NCBI RefSeq assembly: GCF_006345805.1
Contig: NC_043002.1
Location: 6,448,001 to 6,512,000 of the forward strand
Origin: Octopus sinensis
Taxonomy: Eukaryota
Length of the DNA: 64,000 bases
Reading direction: 5' to 3'
Shown piece after piece: positions 53,465-64,000 of this stretch. Made by a program: the position numbers and the translations under genes. Positions within the stretch are counted from its first letter, which is position 1. Each line of letters starts with the position of its first letter. The notes beneath the pieces were generated by a model, which searched no databases, had not been told where the DNA came from, and was given only the letters and a program-made list of their open reading frames with translations.

Positions 53465-56206
53465 GGTCAGAGATTGAACATTGCAGCACCAACAACAGAA
53501 GAAGCGGAAGAGTTTAGGAAAGAAATATAGTCGACGAAGAAACAACCTCAGAAAAGACCTATCAAAACAACGAACGCTGAACCTCAACTCTGTACCCTTA
53601 TAACAACTGAAGATGTCACCAAGGCACTTCAAAAATTAAGCAGCTGGAAGGCACCCGAGCACGACAAGATCCCCGACTTCTGGTTAAAATACCTAACAGG
53701 AACACATAAAAAGCTGGCTAAGATATTTAATGAAATACTAGCAAAGCCAGGGACAATCCCTGAAAGACTCACAGAAGGAAGAAAACTATTCTAATTCCCA
53801 AATCCACTGAAACGGCAAACCCACAAAATTACAGATCGATAACCTGTCTCCTTACAATTTACAAAGCCTTTACTGCAATAATATCGCAGAGAATGGGCAA
53901 GCTGGAAGAAAATAACCTGTTTCTAGAAGAGCAGAAGGGATACTCCCAAGGGCTCATACGGCTGCAATGGTCAGCTACTGATCAATAAAGCCATAACTGA
54001 AGACAGTCGCAGAAAGAAGGGTCTAAGTATGGCCTGGATCGATCACCGAAGGGCTTTTGATAGTATTCCCCTCAGATGGATCCTAGAAACACAAGGCATG
54101 AACAGGGTAGCCCCAATAATCATAAAATATATAAAACATTCCATGAATAATTGGCAGACACTGCTCCAGACAAATGAGAGGTTCATAAAAACCAATTCCA
54201 TCCCCATTAGAAGAAGAATATTCCAGGGAAACACTCTATCTCCACTCCTTTTCTGCTTCGCACTGACACCTTTATCTGACATGCTAAACATAACTGGATG
54301 TAGGTGCAAATGTTACGGTAAAACAATCAGCACCTCTTATATATGGATGATCTAAAACTGTGCGCTACAAATGATAAACAGGTGGAAACATTACTACAGA
54401 CAGTACAGGGATTTACCAACGAAATAAACATGAAATTTGGTTTGGAAAAATGTGCCAAAGTAACTTTGAAAAGAGGAAAACTAGTCAAGAGTAACAACAT
54501 CACACTAGATAAAGCAAATGAAACAAGAGGATTAGACCAAAGCCAGACATACAAATACTTAGGAATCAATAAACTAGATGTGATACAACACACACAAATG
54601 AAAGAGAAGATAACGAAAGAATATTATAGGTGAGTTAAATTCATACTGAAAACAAAGCTCAATGCGAAAAGCATATTAGTAATTATCAACACTCTAGTTG
54701 TCCCAGATATAGGTTACAGCTACAATATTCTTAACTGGACACTGTTTTCCGTCTTTAAGGAAGCTGACAAATACAAAAAGGAAGTCATTGAATCTAAGAA
54801 CTATGAAGACAAAGAACAAATGGCAAAAGCTGTAAAACAACAGAAATCCAAACTAAAAATGGAGCAGTAACGGATCATAATAAAACGATGGCAAGAAAAG
54901 CTTCTTTATGGCAAATACTGGGGATGAACTAAACGGAAAAGAAATAGATAAAGCAAAATCTCAACAATGACAGAAACGCTCAGGACTCAAAGCAAAGACT
55001 GAAGGGGGGAATTACCGTGTTTCGTGGTCTGCTACCACAACAGCTCCTTTATAGGATCCAGTTAGCTAAAGACATCATCAGGAGGAACCACGTCTGGTTT
55101 CGGCCCCTACTCCTCTACCGTTTTGACGTGGTGGACCCCACTTTCGGAGGTGTCTTCAGCTCTGGTGTTGGGTGCATGTTTTCTTTCTTCTTTCTTCTGT
55201 TCCCTTGCCTCTTCAATGTATCGTCAGCGAGTGTCAGCCGATGACTGACTGACTTGTCAAATTTATCCCTTTAAATACCTGTCACTAGGCTCCAGGAAGC
55301 AGTCCCAGCAAGTTGTCACATGACACTGACCAGTGAAGGCGTGTAGTCTTAGCCCGTGCATTTTCTAAACGACCGTCACCTGTCAGTCAGCGAAGCTGAT
55401 TCAGTGTCAGCTTGTCTTACCTAATGATGTTATTTCCCGCCGGCATGTTATGACTTTCAAGCCATTTTTAATTGCCACACAAGATCAAGGCCTTCCCTCG
55501 AAAAATTACCAAAAACATATAATGAAAATAAACACAAGTGATTGCAGAATATGTGGTGATGGGGATAAAACAATAAATCTTATGGTCTCTGGCTTCCAAG
55601 TCCTGGCTAAGAAGGAATATATTTACAGACACGACAGAGTCGTGACCTATGTACACAGGAAGCTATGCCAGCACTGTGGGATAACAACAGGAAAAAGATG
55701 GCATAGGCACACGCCAGGAAAGGTCACAGAAAATGGAAAGCAACCATACTCTGGAATATGCCAATATATACAGATAGAGAAATTAAGGCCAATAGGCCGG
55801 ATATAGTTGTCAGAAATCACCAAGAAAAAATGCTTTCTATTCGATGCATCAATACCAACAGATGAAAATGTTTCTCTAAAAGAAACGGAGATAGTTTCAA
55901 AATACAAAGACCTGGGATTAGAATTAATTTGAATGAGGTGTCTAAAAACAAAAACAATTCCTATCATAGTAGGCACATTAGGTATGATAAAAAGTATTCA
56001 ATCAAATACATAACAAAAATGTTATATATACTAACAAGTATATATAACATACAGAAAATAGCACTACAAGGCACCGCACACATTCTACGTAAAACACTTT
56101 CAATACAGTGAAAATAAGAGCATCACAACAAACCACAGCACATAAACAAGGCACACAGATTTGCACTCGGTAGTGAAGTGAAAGCGTCTGATAAAAATAA
56201 GACTAT

Positions 56207-56208
<2 letters not shown>
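53465..56208 (+). mobile_element. R4/Dong-like RLE non-LTR retrotransposon A, 5'-truncated and decayed
   Basis: RT motifs WKAP, AWIDHRRAFDSIP, IFQGNTLSP, YMDDLKL, YKYLG; CRICG zinc knuckle, RHD, RPDIVV, GTAHILRK; (TAA)n tail. Confidence 0.92.
55007..55464 (-). mobile_element. Nested non-coding insertion (pLTR/LTR-like)
   Basis: Splits host codons KTEG|FLIATQDQ; minus TATTTAAAG ~25 nt before TCAGTC; CTGATGA...GAAAC-ACG-GTA motif. Confidence 0.7.
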
Positions 56209-56272
<64 letters not shown>

Positions 56273-56284
56273 TAATAATATAAT

Positions 56285-56620
56285 AGTTGTCATAGGTGCC
56301 CTGGGAATGATAGCGAAAGGAGCTGATTGCTACCTAACTCAGATACCAGGAAACCCCAAAATGACAGAAATTCAAAAGATAGTGCTCATGGGAACTGCTC
56401 ATATTCTACGCAAAATACTCTATGTAATCCCAAGATTAAAAAACAAACTTTTTTTTATTTTTTAAATTTATGTATTAGACATTCACTAGTACAATACCAA
56501 ATAAAAACCTAATATATGGCACACTAGCATAACAACAACGTGAACTTCAACATGTTGTTCGTCTTGAGGCTCTGGTGAGACTTGGAGCCAACTTATACAG
56601 ACAAAGCAAAAGTCAAACAT
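56285..56620 (+). mobile_element. R4/Dong-like element B, short 3' fragment
   Basis: VVIGALGMIAKG...IQKIVLMGTAHILRKIL; distinct 3' UTR; (TAA)n on both sides. Confidence 0.85.
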
Positions 56621-56729
56621 ATAATAATAATAATAATAAGGATAATAATAATAATAATGATAATAATAATAATAATAATAATAATATAATATAAAATAAT
56701 AATAACAATAGTAATAATAATAATAATAA

Positions 56730-56848
56730 TGAGGAGGAGGAGAAGAAGAGAAGAAGAAGAGAAGAAGAAGAAGAAGAAGAAGAAGAGAAGAAGAAGAGAA
56801 GAAGAAGAAGAAGAAGAAGAAGAAGAAGAAGAAGAAGAAGAAGAAGAA
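56730..56848. repeat. (GAA)n microsatellite
   Basis: Direct inspection. Confidence 0.95.
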
Positions 56849-57490
56849 ATCCATGTAGAAAGTGATAAGTACAGAATCTATATTACCAGCCAATGTACGC
56901 CACTAGCCCAGAAGGAATATAAGGGACACCACGACAATATAGCAAGGCTTGACAATTGGACGCTTTGTAAGAAGTATGGACTTGGCAGAGCAAAAAAATT
57001 GGTACGACCACAAACCTGAAGGCATCGTTGAAAATAGACACGCAAAGATCCTGTGGGATTTTATGATTCCGTGCGAGCATGAGATTGAGAATAGGAAGCC
57101 AGACATAGTATTAATTGAGAAAGAAAACAAACTATGCTGGATCATAGATATAGCATGCCCAGCTGACAACAGGATATGCGATAAGGAAGAAAGAAAAGTA
57201 GAGAGATATGACAGGTCAGCTTGGGAAGTTAAGCAGTTGTGGTCGATGAAAAAGGTAGCAGTGGTACCAATAATTGTCGTAGCCCTGGGAACAGTAAGCA
57301 AAAATCTCGATAAGTACGTGGAACAAATATGGGCTGCAATAAGGGTGGAGCACTTGCAGAAAACAGCGCTGCTTGGAACCGCTCGAATACTCCTGAAGGG
57401 TCTCGAAAAATAAGAGGTGTTACCTTAGTTCACTGGTAGTGAACAGCTGACACTGTAGTACATCTCCAGCGTTAGAAGCTGTGCAAAAGC
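56849..57490 (+). mobile_element. R4/Dong-like element C, RLE domain fragment
   Basis: SQCTPLAQKEYK..HD; KILWDF...RKPDIV...IDIACP...ALG...LQKTALLGTARIL; (TAA)n tail. Confidence 0.9.
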
Positions 57491-57589
57491 AATGATGATA
57501 TAATAATAATATAATAATAATAATAATAATAATAATATAATAATAATAATAATAATATAATAATAATATAATAATAATATAATATTATT

Positions 57590-57637
57590 ATTATTTTACC
57601 CAGTGTCACTTTGATGGCATGCACTGCTCTGTTACTC
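57590..57637 (+). mobile_element. 3' tip of the non-coding AAT-associated element
   Basis: TATTTTACCCAGTGTCACTTTGATGGCATGCACTGCTCT matches the 27020-27068 end. Confidence 0.85.
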
Positions 57638-57749
57638 AATAATAATAATAATAATCTAATCAACAATCTAATAATAATAATAATAATATTAATTTAATAT
57701 ATAAATTAATAATAATAATAATAATATAATAATGATGATAATAATAATC

Positions 57750-57780
<31 letters not shown>

Positions 57781-57781
<1 letters not shown>

Positions 57782-58210
57782 TTCTGCTAATACCACAGAT
57801 TTGCTTGTCAGTTGTTTGACCTTAACCAGTTGAGCATGGCCCTTAGTGGCTGAAGATATGTGCATCTGATCACGAGCAGAAGTAGTGGGGGAGCATCATA
57901 GCCATGTTGAGAGGGATTCTTTGGGGTTTGAATAGTTCACCTCTGGAAACATGGGTGGTTCTTTCAACATCCTTAAACAACCCTTATTCAGGGACCGTTT
58001 AAGCGGGATGGGCTACTCAACCTGAAGAAAATTCTAACTGGGTCCCACCTGCAAGGTCATGTGTGTTATCTTGATATGAGATCATGTCGCGCAATATGGT
58101 TGTGATGCATGTGCCTGGTGTACTTTATCAGAGGTAGTCATGATGGGTATATTGGGCTTCGTATATTTTACCCCAGTGTCACTTTGATGGCATGAACTGC
58201 TCTCTCACTC
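57781..58210 (+). mobile_element. Non-coding AAT-associated element, second long copy
   Basis: High identity to 26620-27068; (AAT)n on both sides. Confidence 0.88.
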
Positions 58211-58226
58211 AATAATAATAATAATA

Positions 58227-58265
<39 letters not shown>

Positions 58266-58957
58266 CAACAACAACAACATAGAGCTATATAAATTGATAG
58301 ATACATACAAGCATATACATACACAAGTTTATGTATGTATGTATATATGTGTATAAGTATGTATGTATGTATATGAAATTCCAGAATACTTATCATTTGT
58401 CAGAAATTCGAATCAAAATTAAATTTGACATTAGGGCTCAGTTATTCGAAAGTCGTATGACGTGAAATGCTGCCGTCGTATTTTCATGGTTTGTTTCACA
58501 ATAATGAATTTCTTTTTACTATTTATAGTTCTTGCTTCTGTTCGTCGTTTGGTTTTTTTTTTTTTATCATCTTGCCAATCAGCAGAGGAATATACATAGC
58601 AACAACGATCACATCAGCCTCCACGGCATCGACAGCAACGCTATCATCATGTAATAATTATGATGAAGCTTACTTTATTGACAGCAACAAAAGTAAACAA
58701 CAACAGCATGAACAATAATCACAAATAACACCATTTATATGAAAAATCTAGGCAATAATAATTATAAAGATTACACACACACCCACAATCAGAATTAGCT
58801 GTCAGCCGCTCAGCCGCCTTTCGCTGACAGTGAATGGTGGCCATTTTCGTTTGTCAGCTGTCTCAGGATTATGAGATAAATTTTGTAAAGAGTAGAACAA
58901 ATTTTTTAAAGTAATATTATACCTTTGAAAATAGCTTATTTTACAATTAAATTGAAG

Positions 58958-59278
58958 TCTCTATATATACAAACGGCAAAATGTCTATCTGTCTGTGTGT
59001 GAATCCTTTATACAAATCCACAATTTTTCAGTTAGAGGGCTCACACTTTCTATGGTCATTCAAAACCGCCCAAGGGTGGTCGTGCACATCTTTACATTTC
59101 CCCAGTCTCCCCGCAAAGCCATTAAAAAATCAATAAAAGTGACTTTTTGTGAATTTTCTATCCAAAACCCAGTCAAAATGCCCGAAACTTGATACGCCAA
59201 TTGAATGCCAGCTAGCTGTATGTGATTGGTAACACACACACACACACACAGACATTTTGCCGTTTATATATAGAGAGA
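58958..59278. mobile_element. Helitron-derived element with inverted duplicate 5' ends
   Basis: Body matches 23661-23935; right end is the reverse complement of the 5' terminus. Confidence 0.8.
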
Positions 59279-59689
59279 TTTCACTCACTTATAAATTCTC
59301 ATGTATTTACGTTTGTATAAGTGATTATGTATATACGTTCGTGTCTGACGTACATTTTAAGTGTGTAGGGATACATAGTGTGTGTAATTGTTTATATAAC
59401 TATTATTGCTGTCCATATGTTTTCCGAATCCTCATTTAAATCCATTGGGTATATAAGGTCTCGTTCAAGATATTTTAAAACAAAATATAGAGAAAATATA
59501 TTTTGTTACAGTTGGGTTCTCCAAAACACGGAATATCCGATTGAAAAGTGAAACGGAATGTATACGACGTTTTATTAGCACATTAAATACTTAGGTCACA
59601 TAACGAAATGAGATATGTATATATGTGTGTGTGTGTGTGTGGTGTGTGTGTGTCTATGTGTGTGTCTGTGTCTATGTATATATCTTCGT

Positions 59690-60240
59690 TGTATATGGAC
59701 GAACATCATCCTGTTTAAAGAACACCTTCCGTCTTGAAACCAAAGATGGTCGTTTTACTTTTAGCGTTGACTTGAATGAATGGTTCCTTTGACTAAATCC
59801 AATCTCCTCTGCTAGTTCCTCAACAGTTACGATGGGATTTTATTCCTCCAGGATATGTAGGACGTCCCCATAGAGCTCTACAGATCTTCCAGGACGAGTC
59901 TCGTCTCCTAGGCTGTAGTTTCCGGCTCGGAATTTCTGAAACCACTGTTGGAACTAGCTTACGCTTATTGTCCGATCCCCATATACTGCATTGATATTCC
60001 TCACACTTACCGTTGCGTTATTGCCTTTATTGAACTTATGAAGCAAAATATGCCGAATATGTTCCTTTGTCACTTCCATTTTAGTGAAAAAAGGACTTGA
60101 GATCGAACTTCACTAAGAATAAAGACACGGTAAATTTACTATCTGCTTTTAGAGAAAGTTGATGCAGGTTGTTTATCCAGTTCCCCTCCGACTTTTAGTT
60201 AATGCAATTGAAAAATCGCATTATTTATGAGATGACCCAA
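59690..60240 (-). mobile_element. Mariner 5' fragment
   Basis: MEVTKEHIRHILLHKFNKGNNAT...WFQKFRAGNYSLGDETRPGR; end TTGGGTCATCTCATAAATAATGCG is TIR-like. Confidence 0.8.
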
Positions 60241-60268
60241 GACCCCCCCCACACACACACACATTTAT

Positions 60269-60303
<35 letters not shown>

Positions 60304-60326
60304 TGTGTGTATTTATGTTATATATA

Positions 60327-61197
60327 CCGGGTAGGTGGAAAGTAACTAGGCATTAGAAATTGCTTGAAAATATTTTTTTTTAAACAGGCAACACTAATGG
60401 GGATTTCTTATTTTCTTATTGTCTTATTTCTTATTTTCCAGATGGCCGCTCGCTTGACTGCTCAGGAACGAGCTAAGATAGCAACACGCAATGAAGTGTG
60501 GAATTCCGTTGTTTTGGCTCACAGATGGTTGCGTGCATGGAAAGGTAAGCATGCAACACTACGTCCGGAGACAATAAAAAGTTGTCATGCAAAGCTAATG
60601 ACCATGGGCTCTGTGAACGATGCAAGAAGAAGTGGCCGTCCAACCACATCCCGATCAGCGGAGTACGTGGTGACAGTGCAGGAAACGTTTAATCGCAACC
60701 CGCAAAAGTCAACACGCCAAGCAGTTCGTGAAAATGGACTAAGACACACACTATGTACGGTGTTGCATAAAGGATTACATTTTCGTTCGTGGAAACCCCA
60801 TTACGTGCAGGAGCTAAAAACAGAAGACTGTGACCGTTGAATGGATTATGGAATGATCTTCAAGAAGTTCAGATCTCACTCCATGTGATTTTTACGTGTA
60901 GGGTTACACAAATGAGGAGGTGTACAAGACAAAACCGCGTACACTGGAGGAATTGGAGACATGGATTCAGGAGGTTCACAATCATATCCCTGACGACGTC
61001 CTTCAGAAGGTTGTTCATTCCATCCGTGGCCGTTTGAGGAAACTGGTTCACGCCACCTTTGCTTATGTTGTAATATGAAGATTTACTTTTATTTTCCCAT
61101 GTAATAAGAATATGCATAATTTGCTTCAATAAATTTATAAAAGGAATAGGGATTTTATTACCGGTTTTTAATGCCTGCTTACTTTTCACCCATCCTG
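60327..61197 (+). mobile_element. Internally deleted Tc1/mariner (rosa/maT-like) element
   Basis: 28-bp TIRs, TA flanks; N-terminal HTH (GSVNDARRSGRPTTSR...NPQKSTRQ) joined to C-terminal DLTPCDF...PRTLEEL. Confidence 0.85.
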
Positions 61198-61257
61198 TAT
61201 GTACACACACACACATGTATATGTATATACATAATACACACACACACACACACAAAT

Positions 61258-61290
<33 letters not shown>

Positions 61291-61477
61291 AATGTAGTGA
61301 ACTTAAACAGTAAGCATCAAATTGTTGTTGAATAAAGTTCATCACAATATTTGTATCATTATATTCTCCTTATTCTTTTCTCATGTATATTAACATATAT
61401 TCTATATGGTTTGTACTATGACAAACTAAGGAGAATTTTATGAATACTACCGGCTCACTTCAATATATATATATATA

Positions 61478-61662
61478 GTTAATCCAAACATGAAAATACA
61501 AAGAGAAAACACAACGACGCGAGGACGTGGAACACGTACAGTGTTATTGGCCGCTCGGGAAAGGAAAGAAAGAAGGAGGATTTAAACTTTTCGAGCGGAG
61601 CTCTTCGTCAAAAACATAGGAAAAGGAAAGATCCAAGGAAGGGAGGAAAAAAATCACCAACG

Positions 61663-61665
<3 letters not shown>
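61478..61665 (-). mobile_element. Short TA-anchored pLTR-like element (third copy of the 16530 family)
   Basis: Minus TTGACGAAGAGCTCCGCTCGAAAAG; ends TTGGATTAAC(TA)n. Confidence 0.75.
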
Positions 61666-61695
<30 letters not shown>

Positions 61696-61873
61696 TGTAT
61701 GTATGTATGTATGAATGTATGTATATACGTAGGAGCATAGGATCATGTATCATCATGTATATATGCATGTGCACATGTATTTGAGAGTTTGTGTATGTTT
61801 GCATATGTATTTATATGTACATATATGAGCATGTGTATATATGTGTGTAACTTTATGTACGCGTGTGAGTGCG

Positions 61874-61911
<38 letters not shown>

Positions 61912-62859
61912 ACTATGTGCATGAGTGTGTGTATTATATATACATGAAGTTGATAAAGTTGAAGTGCACTAAGAAGTGTTGAGTGAAATGTATGTGCGTA
62001 CAATCATATTTAACGCGTTCCTGTACATTCGGACATGGACATGAATTTCGCTGCTGAACTAGTCTCTTCATACACACAACATATGTGAAAACACTTTATT
62101 ATGTTATGAAAGACGTTATCAGATCGTACGATGCACACGTGTCAGCCTCGTTACTCTTCATCAGCTGCGAACACCAAAGTAGTACTTCACAACCCTGTAA
62201 TAACAATCCGATTCTTTTACTCATATGTGATAACACACACACACACATTATAAATTATAAGAATTTATTATAAATTAAAAGAATACAAACCTTACTCTCC
62301 ATTTACGTATATATTAAGTTTTCTTTTTTGTAGATGACCAGCTTGAGCTTAGAGGTTCATACTCACACAAGGGCCTGTGACTACACACAGATACACGCAC
62401 ACACACATACAAACACACACACACACATAAGCACACACACATTCTAAATTATGCACCTCTCCACTCAGCACCAAACCCCCAACTTGAACTTCTGGCTTTT
62501 ATCACTTTTCCCTCCGGATCTTTCGCCAGTTCTATTTTGAACGTCCTACTCTTTTCTCTCTCTCCTTCCCATCTCTGTCTCTCTATGATTTCCTTTCGTA
62601 TTGCATGATTTCTGAAACGTTGTTTTACTCACTAAGCATTTCAAGTAGTCATTTGAACCCATAAATGAGTACCGTATCACATACATACATACATACATAC
62701 ACACATGCATACATGCATACATACATACATACATACATACATACATACATACACATACATACATACATACATACATACATATGTACATAAATACATAATA
62801 TCTACATGCATACACATATATTTGTAAGTATGTATGTACGTGATATATATATCTTAATT

Positions 62860-63030
62860 TTTTTCTCTCCTTGTTTCTCTCCTTGTTTTTTCTGTGTCCT
62901 TTTCTGCAGAAGCGCGTAGGCTCGAAACGTAAAAGATTTTTTCTATTCCTGAGCGTTATGCTAATACATCTGTTTGTTTTGTACACCACCTGCCTTCGTC
63001 TTTTGTTGTTTTTTTCGTAAACTCTCCCTA
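62860..63030 (+). mobile_element. Related TA-anchored pLTR-like element
   Basis: CTTTT-CTGCAGA-AGCGC-GTAG-GCTC-GAAACGT-AAAAG followed by TTCCTGAGCGT as in the 16530 family; ends in (TA)n. Confidence 0.6.
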
Positions 63031-63050
63031 TATATATATATATATATATC

Positions 63051-64000
63051 CTTCTCAAATCGTGCAAACGAGCCCTTGCAAAACCGCTACAGCTTCTTTT
63101 TCAGAGCTTTCTTGCAAGTGGTAAGCTCCCAGTCAAATTGAAAGAGGGGGTAATATGCCCTATCCATAAGGGAGGTAGCAGAGCAAATGCTAAAAATTAT
63201 AGGCCTATCTCTCTGACCTCACACATCAGCAAAGTCATGGAACGAATAGTCCGTAAGAAACTAATCATGTTCCTTGAAGAAAATGACTTGCTGTCTGACA
63301 CCCAGCATGGATTTCGACCAGATAGAGGCTGCCTAACACAGCTCCTGCAACACGATGACTGGGTGTTGAAACAGCTACTAAATGGCTCAAATGTGGATGT
63401 AATATATCTCGACTTTGCAAAAGCCTTTGATAAAGTCGACCATGGTATGATCTGTCACAAACTGCGTGGTCTCGGCATAGGCGGGAAACTTGGAGAGTGG
63501 CTGCACAACTTCCTAAAAGACAGAAAACAGGCAGTTGTGAGCAATGGAGCCACCTCCAAGGAAACGCAAATAACAAGCAGTGTCCCACAGGGCACTGTCT
63601 TGGGGCCACTGATGTTCATAGTGGCCCTTTCAGACATGCCTTCAGTTGCTACGATGACTACCTTTGCTAGCTATGCAGATGACACAAAAGTCTCCCACGC
63701 AATACAAAACCCTGAAAATATTGCGCATCTGAAACATGAGCTGGACACAATATACAGGTGGGCTGAGGACAACAATATGCAGTTTAATGCAGGTAAGTTC
63801 CAGGCCCTACGCTATTGGCACACAAAGGTAAATGACGTGAAGACTGGATACACTGGCCCAGGAAGAATTGCAATCCCTGAGTCAAAATCAGTGCGTGACC
63901 TGGGCATTGACATGAGCAATGATGCATCTTTCCAAATGCATATTGCTAATCTGGTGATAAAATGCAGACGGCTAGCTGGATGGATTCTCCGAACTTTCAG
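63051..64000 (+). mobile_element. CR1-group LINE RT domain, uninterrupted frame, 5'-truncated, runs off the window
   Basis: 316 codons without a stop: NYRPISLTS, QHGFR, YLDFAKAFDKVDH, VPQGTVLGPLMF, YADDTK, RDLGI. Confidence 0.95.

Noticed and set aside
58795-58862. Cluster of TGACA/TGTCA (TALE-type) motifs
   Set aside because: Short motifs expected by chance; no conservation data.

Overview
AT-rich eukaryotic genomic DNA made mostly of microsatellites and decayed transposable elements. The repeat content resembles cephalopod (Octopus-like) DNA; this is an inference and was not checked by search. I see no intact host gene, rRNA, true tRNA or CRISPR array, and most entries in the ORF track are microsatellite artefacts. 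Supportable features: several tRNA-derived SINE families (many with target-site duplications, TSDs); non-LTR retrotransposon fragments (three R4/Dong-like RLE families, one HERO-like, one RTE, three CR1-like with one uninterrupted RT frame running off the right edge); four Penelope-like (GIY-YIG) remnants; non-autonomous Helitrons; three Tc1/mariner remnants; and two MITEs. Most notable: (1) short, (TA)n-anchored, often fold-back elements carrying minimal type-I hammerhead-like motifs with non-standard cores, including an apparent G3-C8 swap of the conserved C3-G8 pair and a recurrent U4-to-C variant; (2) five separate retro-insertions stacked in one (TAA)n microsatellite, including a non-coding passenger element; (3) SINE multimers bounded by a single TSD pair, with recurrent junction sites; (4) Helitron copies with duplicated, inverted ends. 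All ribozyme and clade calls were made by eye and need computational and biochemical confirmation.
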